Source: Candidatus Latescibacterota bacterium
GTDB lineage: Bacteria; Latescibacterota; UBA2968; UBA8231
Assembly (NCBI GenBank): GCA_965242865.1
Contig: CBDETK010000013.1
Span: forward strand, 1,440,001 to 1,504,000
Length of the DNA stretch: 64,000 nt
Reading direction: 5' to 3'
Shown here: piece by piece, positions 1 to 10,571 of the stretch
Position numbering within the stretch: the stretch's first letter is position 1
How the letters are laid out: each line of letters starts with the position of its first letter
Made by a program: the position numbers and the translations under genes
Notes under the pieces: model-generated
Seen by the model: the letters and a program-made list of their open reading frames with translations, nothing else
The model's database searches: none
Told to the model about the DNA's origin: nothing

Positions 1-184
1 GGAGGCTCTTGCGCGAGCGGATGCCAATGGCGCGGCAGTTGATAAATTCGACCCCGACCAACCGGGCGCCGAGGCGGGCGCATATCAGGCGGAACACCCA
101 GTTGCTCACCCCGGCCATCGGCGCTAGGGTGAGGATGGGCATATCGTCCCGGAAGGAATTGAGCTGGTGAGGGCCGAGTTGCAC
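1..184 (-). CDS. tRNA-dihydrouridine synthase (Dus family), N-terminal part; runs off the left edge
   Basis: Manual translation from GTG at 184 gives MQLGPHQLNSFRDDMPILTLAPMAGVSNWVFRLICARLGA..., containing the Dus N-terminal LAPMAG...FR.IC motif. Confidence 0.8.
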   Translation of the reverse strand, partial: MQLGPHQLNSFRDDMPILTLAPMAGVSNWVFRLICARLGARLVGVEFINCRAIGIRSRKSL

Positions 185-188
185 GCGC

Positions 189-512
189 TTACAGGGGGTT
201 TTCCATCTGTAGCTTGGCGGCGATGGCCTTTTCCCGTTCGGCCTCGGCGATCATGCCCTTGCGCTGGTAGAACATGGAGAGGCTGGTGTGGACGAGGAAG
301 TCGTCGGGCTGGTGCTCGGCGGCCTTTTGCGCCGCGCTGAGCGCTTGGTCGAGGTCGCCCAATTTCTCGTGGCAATGCGCCATCGCTTGGTAGGCATCGG
401 CAAATTGCGGGTCGAGGGCGATGGCTTGGGCTAAGTCGTCGAGGGCCTCGGCAAAGGCTTGCCGGGCGAATTTGTTCATGCCACTCTTGTAGAGGGCCAA
501 TTTGTCGGTCAT
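189..512 (-). CDS. Tetratricopeptide repeat protein
   Basis: TPR patterns (AIALDPQFADAYQAMAHCHEKLG; QPDDFLVHTSLSMFYQRKG). ATG at 512 chosen because the longer ORF overlaps the opposite-strand gene. Confidence 0.8.
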   Translation of the reverse strand: MTDKLALYKSGMNKFARQAFAEALDDLAQAIALDPQFADAYQAMAHCHEKLGDLDQALSAAQKAAEHQPDDFLVHTSLSMFYQRKGMIAEAEREKAIAAKLQMENPL

Positions 513-605
513 GGCGCGCCTGTTTTGCGTGAATGATCTATGCGGTGCCGTCAAAAAGTAGGCAATGGCGTCAGGCTCGGAAAGCGAGCGAACAAAGGAG
601 GAGAC

Positions 606-1700
606 ATGGTGCATTGGGCTTTGTTGGGCGCGGCCGTACTGGCAGCGGTCGCCGAGGGGCAACCGCGCTTTGACATTGACTACGTAGAAAGCATAGAGCC
701 GCGGATATATGTGGCGCATCGCACGGCCGGGGCCATCGCCATTGACGGCCATCTCGACGAGCTGTCTTGGCAGCGGGCGGATTGGACCGCGCCCTTTGTC
801 GATATCGAGGGCGAGCGCCGGCCTGCGCCGCGCTTGCAGACGCGGGCCAAGATGCTGTGGGACGACGAGTATTTGTACATCGCCGCTGACTTGGAGGAGC
901 CCCACGTGTGGGCTACCATCGCGCAGCGCGATGCGACGATATACCAAGAAAACGACTTTGAAGTCTTTATCGACCCGGACGGCGATACGCATCAGTACTA
1001 CGAGTTTGAGATCAACGCCCTCGGCACGGAGTGGGATTTACTGATGATCAAGCCCTACCGCGACGGCGGCCCCTTTATCGGGGCTTGGGACATCGCCGGC
1101 CTGCAAACGGCCGTGCGCGTGTGGGGCAGCATCAACGACCCCAGCGACGAGGACCAAGGCTGGTCCGTGGAGCTGGCCTTTCCGTGGGCCGTGCTGGCCG
1201 AGGCCACGCATAAGAAGGCACCGCCGGTGGATGGCGATCACTGGCGGATCAATTTTTCGCGGGTGCAATGGGCCTTGGCCGACGATGTGGGCCAGTACGT
1301 CAAGGTGGAGGGCCGCAGCCCGGACAACTGGGTCTGGTCGCCGCAAGGGCTGATCGACATGCACTACCCGGAAAAGTGGGGCTTTGTGCAGTTTGCCGCC
1401 GAGGTCGTCGGCCGGCACAAGGTGCCCTTTCGTCCGGCCGTGGCCGAGGAGGCCCAGCGCGTCTTGCGCGGGATTTACTATCGCCAACAGAATTTTCGCC
1501 GCGCCCACGGTCGCTATGCGGCCAGCGTGGACTCGCTCGGCATGGAGGCGCGGGTCTTGCAGCACTTTCGCTGGCCGCCGGTCATCCAAGTGACCGACCA
1601 CCAGTTTGAGGCGCGGATCGAGGAAGCCACGGATTTGGACGCGGATGGCGCGATCAACCGCTGGTTCATCCGCGCAGACTCGCGCACTTGGCGCGATTAG
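606..1700 (+). CDS. Secreted carbohydrate-binding family 9-like (CBM9/DOMON-like) protein
   Basis: AAGGAGGAG RBS before ATG 606; signal peptide; IDGHLDE..W, LWDDEYLYI, ENDFEVFIDPDGD and WRINFSRV motifs. Confidence 0.8.
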   Translation: MVHWALLGAAVLAAVAEGQPRFDIDYVESIEPRIYVAHRTAGAIAIDGHLDELSWQRADWTAPFVDIEGERRPAPRLQTRAKMLWDDEYLYIAADLEEPHVWATIAQRDATIYQENDFEVFIDPDGDTHQYYEFEINALGTEWDLLMIKPYRDGGPFIGAWDIAGLQTAVRVWGSINDPSDEDQGWSVELAFPWAVLAEATHKKAPPVDGDHWRINFSRVQWALADDVGQYVKVEGRSPDNWVWSPQGLIDMHYPEKWGFVQFAAEVVGRHKVPFRPAVAEEAQRVLRGIYYRQQNFRRAHGRYAASVDSLGMEARVLQHFRWPPVIQVTDHQFEARIEEATDLDADGAINRWFIRADSRTWRD

Positions 1701-1783
1701 GCCCGGGCGAAAATTGCCGCGCTGTCGAAATCGCCCTATAATGCCTTGCCCATATCACGGACCATTTTGCCAAGGAGGCCCTT

Positions 1784-2242
1784 GTGAAGCGTAGAAAATT
1801 GTTGCTCTCGATCTCCTTTTGTCTGTTGGCCGCGCCCGCCCCGCTGTTGGCGCACTGCGAAATTCCCTGCGGCGTTTACGGGGACGATGCGCGGTTTGCC
1901 GCGCTGGAGGAAGATCTCACGACCATTGAAAAGGCCATGGCGCAGATCGCGGCACTGGCCGACCAGACCGACGCCCAAAGCGCGAACCAGCTAGCGCGGT
2001 GGGTGGCCACCAAAGAAGATCACGCCAACAAAATCCAGCGCGTCGTCGCCCAGTACTTTATGACGCAGCGGCTCAAGGAGGTGGAAGAAGGCGACGAGGC
2101 TATGGCCGCATACACCGGCAAGCTGGTGCTTTTGCACAAGATGCTCCGGGGGGCCATGCGGTGTAAGCAGACGGTCGATTTGGAGCAGGTGGAAAAGATG
2201 CGGGCCTTATTGCACGAGTTTAAGCACGCCTACCAAACCTGA
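1784..2242 (+). CDS. sodN: Nickel superoxide dismutase with N-terminal signal peptide
   Basis: Ni-hook HCEIPCGVY directly after a hydrophobic leader; AGGAGG RBS before GTG. Confidence 0.92.
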   Translation: MKRRKLLLSISFCLLAAPAPLLAHCEIPCGVYGDDARFAALEEDLTTIEKAMAQIAALADQTDAQSANQLARWVATKEDHANKIQRVVAQYFMTQRLKEVEEGDEAMAAYTGKLVLLHKMLRGAMRCKQTVDLEQVEKMRALLHEFKHAYQT

Positions 2243-2272
2243 CGCACCTAAGTACGCGGCAGTACCGGCCCG

Positions 2273-2309
2273 CCTTCCGTGGATCGAGGGCATCTTGCCC
2301 TCGATCCCG
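2273..2309. repeat. REP-like palindrome GGATCGAGGGCA-TCT-TGCCCTCGATCC, copy 1
   Basis: Perfect 12-bp stem at 2281-2307; identical core at 49179-49205. Confidence 0.8.
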
Positions 2310-2338
2310 ATTCAGCAGGAACCGCAGAAAAGGCGGAC

Positions 2339-3346
2339 TTAACGCAGGGGTCGTGTACCGAGCTGACGCATTGTGGACGATGGATGTCTCCAGATCAGCA
2401 GTTCGTGCGATGCCTTGACGTGCGACCCTCCGTTGAGCTTTTCCCGGTTCGCGCCGATCCGCGTATCGCCCTGCCCGAAAGTGTACTGCCATGTAGGGGT
2501 CGTCATTTCGCAGTCGGAATACCATTTCCGAATTGTATCGCAGTCGTTGTACGAGAGCACAAAGCCGCCCTTGTGAGCTAGGAGCAGGTCGCGCAGCAGT
2601 TCGTGCCGGAATCCCTTATGGTGAATCGGGAAATTCCGGTGCGGATACATGCCGACAAAGGTCTTCCCCTCTTCGAGATAGTACGGAGGATCGCAGTAGA
2701 GAAAGTCGTTTCGATGGCGTTTGATCGCTTCCTCAAAGCTGAAGCACTGAACGGAAAGCGTTGCGGCCCGAAAGTCGCGCACTTTCTCGATCATGGTCTG
2801 ATAGCGCTTGGCGTTCAGGTAAATGTCGGAAGGCCATCCGAGAAAGTGCGGACCGTACGACGTATTGGAGTTGAAGTAGTAGTGCGCGGCGAGATCGTAG
2901 CGATCCAGCCGGTCGCCCTCCTGCCAATGCGCCGATAAGCGGCGTTTCACTCGGGCAAACGTTTGACGGTTGGGTTTGAATTTCTGCAACCGCTGGTAGA
3001 GGGCGTTGGCGTTCCGCAATTGTACGCGCCAGTAGTTGCAGAGGATGTCGAACACGTCGTATGCCACCACCTCCAATTCCAACTCGCGGGCGCAGGCAAC
3101 TTCCACCGATCCCCCGCCGATGAACGGCGAAACGAGCCGCTCCAACCCTTCCGGCAGGCGTTCTACGACGTACCCGACTGCAAGGCTCTTGCCTCCTGCA
3201 TACCGAAGCGGCGACCCCAGATACCTCTTGTAGTCAAGTTTGCCAGTGCTTTTGAGGGCGACCAGAAACTCTGCCTTGCTGTTCTGCGCTGTGGACGACG
3301 TCGCTTCGGAGCCGAATAGCAGCATTTGATCACGGCGCCAGTTCAC
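2339..3346 (-). CDS. N6-adenine DNA methyltransferase (D12/Dam class), apparently orphan
   Basis: PLRYAGGKS, SPFIGGGSV and YCDPPY motifs. Confidence 0.9.
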   Translation of the reverse strand: MNWRRDQMLLFGSEATSSTAQNSKAEFLVALKSTGKLDYKRYLGSPLRYAGGKSLAVGYVVERLPEGLERLVSPFIGGGSVEVACARELELEVVAYDVFDILCNYWRVQLRNANALYQRLQKFKPNRQTFARVKRRLSAHWQEGDRLDRYDLAAHYYFNSNTSYGPHFLGWPSDIYLNAKRYQTMIEKVRDFRAATLSVQCFSFEEAIKRHRNDFLYCDPPYYLEEGKTFVGMYPHRNFPIHHKGFRHELLRDLLLAHKGGFVLSYNDCDTIRKWYSDCEMTTPTWQYTFGQGDTRIGANREKLNGGSHVKASHELLIWRHPSSTMRQLGTRPLR

Positions 3347-3446
3347 TACTGAAAGCCTTTTCTAAAAGCATTTTCTTAGGCATCAGACGACCTCCTGATT
3401 GCAGAAAGAATGGTATCCATTCTCTCAGCCCTCAGCAAGCTCGGCC

Positions 3447-6400
3447 TCAGCGGAGGAGGACGAGCTTGGCGTAGCGCGGGGGGGTATGGGTGCTGCGGAA
3501 GCGGGCGAAGTACGGGCCGGTGGCGGCTGCATGGCCGCGGTCGTCTCGGCCATCCCACAGCATCCGGTGGACGCCCGCGTGGAGTGGCGCGTCCACGAGC
3601 GTGCGCACGAGTTGGCCTTGGACGTTGTAGATCGCCAAGCAGATGGATGCGGCCCGGCTGAGGTGGAAGCCGAGGTGGGCGGTTGCGTTGAAGGGGTTGG
3701 GCCAAACTTGGAGGGAGGAGGCCGGACCGGGCGGTTTGGTCGCGAATTCGGACACTCGCTCTACAGCTCGCCCGGGCGAAAAGGGCGCCCCGGTCGGGGA
3801 AGCGGTTTTGTGCGGGACCCACGCGCCGCCGTCGGGCGGATAGCGGGCGATGGACTGGTCGTCGGGCCAAGTGGGTAGGGAGACGCCAGCCACCGGCTCG
3901 CCCGTGCCATCGATCAGGTGAATGGCTTCGCCGCTGTTTTGTAGGCCATCGCCGATGCGCCCGTCGTCGGTATAGACGGGGACGGCAAACCCCGAGGGGC
4001 TGCCCCCGCCAAAGAGGACGACGTACGATCGGGGGCCGATCACCGCCCCGGGCGGGAAGCGGAAGTACGACAAGAGGGAGGCTGTGTCGCCCAATCGCCA
4101 GCCGCTTAGATCGACCGAGGTGGAACCGGCATTGTAGAGTTCGACGAATTCGTCTTCGTACGGGTCGTGCCGCCCGTCTCGATTGGCGTCGCCAGCCGCC
4201 CCGGAAGGCGGATCGGCCAGCACCTCGCTGATGAAGAGGGCGTAGATCGGCTTGGGGATGGGCGGCGGTTTGGGTTTTTCTGGTTTCTTAGTCTGCGTCT
4301 TTGGGGCCTGTCCCGGGGAAAAGGGAGCGTAGATCGGGGAGGCGGTTTTGTGCGGGACTAGCGCGCCGCCCGCCGCTGGGACGCGGACCAGGGATTGGTC
4401 GTCGGGCCACGTGGATTGGGAGAGAAACGCGACCTCATCGCCGCGATCGTCAATTAGGTGAATGGACTCGCCGCTGTTTTGCAAACCGTCGCCAATGCGT
4501 CCGTCGTCGGTATAGACGGGGACGGTGAATCCCGAGGGCTGGCCGCCGCCAAAGAGGACGAGGTACGAGCGCGGAGCCACGACCGCGTTGCGCGGAAAGC
4601 GAAAGTAATCGCCGAGGGGGCCGGCGTCGCCCAACCGCCAGCCGGCCAAGGCAATGGGCACGGGGCCGGCGTTGTACAGCTCGATGAACTCGTCTTCGTA
4701 GGGGTCGTGCCGCCCGTCTTGGTTGGCGTCGCCAGCCGCCCCTGCTGGCGGGTCGGCCAGCACTTCGCTGATGAAGAGGGAATGGACGATGACCGGCCGC
4801 GTGTCCGGGGCGTGCCCAGGGGAAAAGGGTGCCCCGGTCGGGGAGACGGTTTTGTGCGGAACCAGCGCGCCGCCGGCCGAGGGGACGCGGACCAAGGATT
4901 GGGTGTCGGGCCACGTGGATTGGAAGAGGGACGCGGCCTCATGGCCGTGATCGTTGATCAGGTGGATGGCTTCGCCGCTGTTTTGCAGGCCGTCGCCGAT
5001 GCGCCCGTCGTCGGTATAGACGGGGATGGTGAATCCCGAGGGCTTGCCGCCGCCAAAGAGGACGACGTACGAGCGCGGGGCCAGAACCGCTTTGCGCGGA
5101 AAGCGGAAGTAATCGCTTAAGGCCCCGGCGTCGCCCAATCGCCAGCCGGCGAGGGCGATGGGCACGGGCCCGGCGTTGTACAGCTCGACGAATTCGTCTT
5201 CGTGGGGGTCGTGCCGCCCGTCTCGATTGGCGTCGCCAGTCGCCCCCGCTGGCGGGTCGGCCAGCACTTCGCTGATGAAAAGCGGATAGGTGATGACCGG
5301 CCGCGTGTCCGAAGCGTGTCCGGGGGAGAAGGGTGCTCCAGACGGGGAAGCGGTTTTGTGCGGAACCATGGTGCCCCCGGCGACTGGGATGCGGACGAAG
5401 GACTGGTCTTTGGGCCAATCGTCGTGCGAGACGGTGGCGATCTCGTGGCCGTTGTTGTCGGTCAGGCTAATTTTCTCGCCGCTGTTGGTCAGGCCGTTGC
5501 CAATGCGCCCGTCGTCGGTATAGACGGGGGTGGTGAATCCCGTTGGCATACCGCCGCCAAAGAGGACGACGTACGAGTGCCCGGCGATGACCGCGCCGGA
5601 GGGAAATTGGAAGTGGGTGCTCGGCGGCTTGCTGTCGCCCAGCCGCCAGCCGGCCAAGGAAATGGCAATCGGCCCGGCGTTGTACAGCTCAACGAACTCG
5701 TCTTCGTAGGAGTCGCGCTGCCCGTCTCGATTGGCGTCGCCGCGGAGCCCCGAGGGCGGATCGGCCAGCACTTCGCTGATGAAGAGCGGATAGTCCGGTT
5801 TGGGGATGATGTGCGTGCGGCCGGGCGAGAAGAGGGCTTTGACCGTGGAGGCAGTTTTGTGCGGGACCAGCACGTCGCCGTCAGGTGGATGGCGGACGAG
5901 GGATTGCTTGCTCGGCCAAGTGCCGTGTGAGACGATGGCGATCTCCGCGCCGGTGTCGTCGGTCAGGCTAATTTTCTCGCCCTTGTTGGTCAGGCCGTTG
6001 CCGATTTTTCCGTCGTCGGCATAGACCGGGACAGCGAATCCCGTTGGGCTGCCGCCGCCGAAAAGGACGACGTACGAGCCGGGGGCGATTACCGCGCCGG
6101 GCGGGAATTGGAAGTGGGTGCTCAACGCCTTGCTATCGCCCAGCCGCCAGCCGCTTAGGTCGATGGGGGTTGAACCGGCGTTGTACAGCTCGATGAATTC
6201 GTCTTGAGAGGTGTGGCGCTCGCCATCTTGGTTTGCGTCGCCAGCCGCTCCCAAAGGCGGATCGGCCAGCACTTCGCTGATGAAGAGCGGGTAGTCCGGT
6301 TGGGGGGACTGGGGCTCGGCTGGCGGTTCGGCCGGCGGTTCGGCCGGCGGCTCGGCAGGTGGCTCGGCTGGCGGCTCGGCTGGCGGTTCGGCAGGCGGTT

Positions 6401-6965
6401 CGGCAGGTGGCTCGGCCGGCGAGTCATTGACGGCGCGGCCGGGCGAAAAGGGTGCCCTAGTTGACGAGGCCGTTTTGTGGGGTGTAAACGCGCCGCTGTC
6501 AGGTGGGTGGCGGACGATAGACTGGTCGTTGGGCCAAGTGTCGTGCGAAACGCTTGCAATCTCCGCGCCGTTGCCGTCGGTCAGGACGATTTTCTCGCCG
6601 CTGTTTTTCAGACCGTCGCCAATGCGTCCGTCGTCGGTATAGACGGGGACGGTGAATCCCGTTGGAGTGCCGCCGCCGAAGAGGACGACGTACGAGCCGG
6701 GGGCGATCTCCGCGCCAGCCGGGAATTGGAAGTGGGTGCTCCGCGGCTTGCTGTCGCCCAGCCGCCAGTTGCTTATATCGACCGAGGTGGAACCAGCGTT
6801 GTACAGCTCGATGAATTCGTCTTCGTAGGTGTTGCGTTGGCCATCTTGGTTGGCGTCGCCGGTAGCCCCGGAAGGTGGATCGGCGAGCACTTCGCTGATG
6901 ACGACGCTGGCTTCGGCTAGGGAGGCGAATCCAAGCAGGAGGACGAGGGACAAGATGCGGGCCAT
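3447..6965 (-). CDS. Secreted protein with six lamin-tail-domain repeats and a C-terminal FlgD-Ig/T9SS-like sorting domain
   Basis: Six ISEVLADPP...DEF(I/V)ELYN...W.L.D units; signal peptide; C-terminal PNPFN...IYNVQGQLVRTLV...WDGRD. Confidence 0.85.
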   Translation of the reverse strand: MARILSLVLLLGFASLAEASVVISEVLADPPSGATGDANQDGQRNTYEDEFIELYNAGSTSVDISNWRLGDSKPRSTHFQFPAGAEIAPGSYVVLFGGGTPTGFTVPVYTDDGRIGDGLKNSGEKIVLTDGNGAEIASVSHDTWPNDQSIVRHPPDSGAFTPHKTASSTRAPFSPGRAVNDSPAEPPAEPPAEPPAEPPAEPPAEPPAEPPAEPPAEPQSPQPDYPLFISEVLADPPLGAAGDANQDGERHTSQDEFIELYNAGSTPIDLSGWRLGDSKALSTHFQFPPGAVIAPGSYVVLFGGGSPTGFAVPVYADDGKIGNGLTNKGEKISLTDDTGAEIAIVSHGTWPSKQSLVRHPPDGDVLVPHKTASTVKALFSPGRTHIIPKPDYPLFISEVLADPPSGLRGDANRDGQRDSYEDEFVELYNAGPIAISLAGWRLGDSKPPSTHFQFPSGAVIAGHSYVVLFGGGMPTGFTTPVYTDDGRIGNGLTNSGEKISLTDNNGHEIATVSHDDWPKDQSFVRIPVAGGTMVPHKTASPSGAPFSPGHASDTRPVITYPLFISEVLADPPAGATGDANRDGRHDPHEDEFVELYNAGPVPIALAGWRLGDAGALSDYFRFPRKAVLAPRSYVVLFGGGKPSGFTIPVYTDDGRIGDGLQNSGEAIHLINDHGHEAASLFQSTWPDTQSLVRVPSAGGALVPHKTVSPTGAPFSPGHAPDTRPVIVHSLFISEVLADPPAGAAGDANQDGRHDPYEDEFIELYNAGPVPIALAGWRLGDAGPLGDYFRFPRNAVVAPRSYLVLFGGGQPSGFTVPVYTDDGRIGDGLQNSGESIHLIDDRGDEVAFLSQSTWPDDQSLVRVPAAGGALVPHKTASPIYAPFSPGQAPKTQTKKPEKPKPPPIPKPIYALFISEVLADPPSGAAGDANRDGRHDPYEDEFVELYNAGSTSVDLSGWRLGDTASLLSYFRFPPGAVIGPRSYVVLFGGGSPSGFAVPVYTDDGRIGDGLQNSGEAIHLIDGTGEPVAGVSLPTWPDDQSIARYPPDGGAWVPHKTASPTGAPFSPGRAVERVSEFATKPPGPASSLQVWPNPFNATAHLGFHLSRAASICLAIYNVQGQLVRTLVDAPLHAGVHRMLWDGRDDRGHAAATGPYFARFRSTHTPPRYAKLVLLR
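6312..6419. repeat. 12-bp tandem repeat x9 encoding a (PAEP)9 linker
   Basis: Nine degenerate CCN-GCC-GAR-CCN units on the minus strand. Confidence 0.9.
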
Positions 6966-7101
6966 GCCCCTGCTTCTGCAAAGATCGGGCCAAGCGATCC
7001 GCTACGCCATTATTTCTTTAGGAACAAAGGGTTATGCAAAGGCGGCATCCCGCCGCGCCCGGGTACAATGCCCCATTTGGGACACAGCGATGCAGACTGC
7101 G

Positions 7102-7214
7102 GGTAACGCTGCTGGGACGACCAACGCTTCGCGTGCAATTCAGTTGGAGTTGGAGTACTTCACGATCCTCGGTGGCGGTAACGCTGTTGGGACGACCAAC
7201 GCTTCGCGTGCAAT
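7102..7214. CRISPR. Orphan CRISPR-like mini-array (2 x 38-bp repeats, 37-bp spacer); no cas genes in window
   Basis: GGTAACGCTG(C/T)TGGGACGACCAACGCTTCGCGTGCAAT at 7102-7139 and 7177-7214 (1 mismatch); internal GTTGG/CCAAC hairpin; unique spacer 7140-7176. Confidence 0.45.
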
Positions 7215-7240
7215 AGGGATGGTTCGCGAACCGCCCCTAC
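7214..7240. repeat. REP-like palindrome of the GTAG type
   Basis: TAGGGATGGTTCGCGAACCGCCCCTAC; reverse strand starts GTAGGGGCGGTTCGCGAACC. Confidence 0.65.
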
Positions 7241-7249
7241 CGACAGCGG

Positions 7250-8164
7250 TCAGGCCCAGCGATAGGTCCTAGCCCCGCAACTGGAGACGCGGGCGAATTT
7301 CCAAGCCGTCAGCCACTCCGCACGGTCGCGCACCACGAGTTCGGGACGCTCTCGGCTGCGGACGAAAAGGCCCGGCAGGTGGGGCCGGCCATTGGGCTTG
7401 CGGGCGTCGTTCCAGCGCAAGTCCATGCTCCAGCGGATCGCGTCCGAGCGGTTGGGCTGGCTGCCGTGCGGGGTGCGGCAGTGCAGGGCAATAAGCCCGC
7501 CGCGTTGGACCGGGATGGCGATTGGGTCCCAAGGCGGCAGCTCTTCCGGGGCGATGGTGAAACTGCCGCCTTGGTCCGCGGGGGGGCGCACGTGCCGGCG
7601 CAACGGCTCTCGGTGGCAGCGCGGGTAAATCATCAGGGTGCCGTTTTCCTCGTCGGCATCGACTAGGGGAATCCAAGTGGTGACCACGAGGGTGTCATCG
7701 GCCTCGGGCAGCAACACCCCGAGGTCTTGGTGCCAAGCCGTCGAGCGCGCCCATTCGCTTTGCGAGAAGGCACCGGCGTACTCGGTGCTGGCCGGGACTT
7801 TGGCGCGGATGTGCTGGCAGGAGTTGGCGTAGATTTCCGGGCCGATCAGGGATTCGACCCGATCGAGCAGCCGGGGGTTGTGCAAAAAGGCGAAGATGTT
7901 AGGCCCCAGATTCGCGGGGAAATTGATGCCGGCCGAGGCGCTGGCGTCGGCTTTGGCGAGGGGAATCAAGCGCTTGGCAAACGGCAACTCCGCATAGTCG
8001 CGCGCTATTTTGCCGGCCGCCAGCAGGCGTTGGGCCGCTCGGTCGACGATGTCTTCCAGTTCCTCTTGCACTGGGTCCAAGTCTTCGGCGGCCAAGGCAT
8101 TGGGCACGTGGACGTAGCCCTCGGCGTGGAAGAATGCAAGTTGCTCCGAGCTGAGGCCGGGCAT
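7250..8164 (-). CDS. Phytanoyl-CoA dioxygenase (PhyH) family protein
   Basis: FHAEGY, WHQD, TWIPLVDA..ENGTL, HGSQPNRS...RWS motifs. Confidence 0.88.
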   Translation of the reverse strand: MPGLSSEQLAFFHAEGYVHVPNALAAEDLDPVQEELEDIVDRAAQRLLAAGKIARDYAELPFAKRLIPLAKADASASAGINFPANLGPNIFAFLHNPRLLDRVESLIGPEIYANSCQHIRAKVPASTEYAGAFSQSEWARSTAWHQDLGVLLPEADDTLVVTTWIPLVDADEENGTLMIYPRCHREPLRRHVRPPADQGGSFTIAPEELPPWDPIAIPVQRGGLIALHCRTPHGSQPNRSDAIRWSMDLRWNDARKPNGRPHLPGLFVRSRERPELVVRDRAEWLTAWKFARVSSCGARTYRWA

Positions 8165-8172
8165 GGTGCGCG

Positions 8173-9099
8173 TCAAAAGGTGCCGATGAGCGATACCCGA
8201 TGGACTGGCCCCAAATCGAGCGAGGACGAGTAGGCGTAGTCAACCGCATAGCGGCGCATGGTCAGACCGGCCCCGGCGCTCAGGCCCACCGGCCCCTCGT
8301 CGCGGCTGCCGATGGATTGGGTGCTGTACCCGGGCCGGATGTAGAGGCCATCGGCGAGCTGGACTTCGAGGCCGAAGGCTAGATAGGAGTCATTGTCGTT
8401 GGGCAAGTTGAAATCGGCCACCAAGAGCGCCGGCACGGGCAGGTGCGCGAGGCGATGGGCCATCCCCAAGCGGATGTGGACCGGAAGCGAGTCCTTGAAG
8501 CCAGCCGTATAGCCCGACCGCACAAACCCGAGATTGGCGATGGCCGCGCCGAGGGTCGTGCCTTCAAGCGGGGCGTGGACGAGGAGGCCGAGATCAGCGA
8601 GATAAGCGTCCGCAGAAAACTCGGCCATGGTTGAATAGACGGCTTTTAGATTCGCGCCGAGGACCAGCCAGTCGGGACCGAGCGGTTGGGCAAAGGACAG
8701 ATAAGCGGCGAGATCGGTGGCCGAAAAGGTCCCCAAAACTTTTCCTTCCAAGTCGGTTTCCAGCAAGTCGCCGTGGGAGACGTAGTGGACGCTCAGAGCG
8801 TGGACGCGCGACCCCTTGGGGACGGCGATGGAGGCGAAGCCGGCTTGGGAATCGACGAAATAGCTGTTGTACGCCAGCGCGGCCGTGCGCTCGTCTAAGC
8901 CGGAAAGCCCGGCGGGATTCCAAGCCGATGACTCAATGGTGCCGGGCACGGCCGCATAGGCCCCACCGAGCGCGGCCGCGCGGGTGCCAACGCCGATTTT
9001 GAGAAAGTTGAAGCCCGTGGTGCCGGCGTTGGGGTTGATCGCCGCAGCGGGCGGCACGGTCGAAAGCAAGATGCAGGCCGCGAGGGCGCAGTATCGCAT
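8173..9099 (-). CDS. PorV/PorQ (UPF0164)-like outer-membrane beta-barrel protein
   Basis: FLKIGVGTRAAALGGAYAA...WNPAGL at N-terminus; DYAY...HRVSL..F at C-terminus. Confidence 0.8.
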   Translation of the reverse strand: MRYCALAACILLSTVPPAAAINPNAGTTGFNFLKIGVGTRAAALGGAYAAVPGTIESSAWNPAGLSGLDERTAALAYNSYFVDSQAGFASIAVPKGSRVHALSVHYVSHGDLLETDLEGKVLGTFSATDLAAYLSFAQPLGPDWLVLGANLKAVYSTMAEFSADAYLADLGLLVHAPLEGTTLGAAIANLGFVRSGYTAGFKDSLPVHIRLGMAHRLAHLPVPALLVADFNLPNDNDSYLAFGLEVQLADGLYIRPGYSTQSIGSRDEGPVGLSAGAGLTMRRYAVDYAYSSSLDLGPVHRVSLIGTF

Positions 9100-9122
9100 G
9101 GTTTGATCTCCGGTTTGCTCGC

Positions 9123-10568
<1,446 letters not shown>

Positions 10569-10571
10569 GAG

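Noticed and set aside
7034-7272. Small plus-strand ORFs spanning the repeat pair
   Set aside because: There is no clear RBS or family motif; the repeated peptides merely reflect the DNA repeats.
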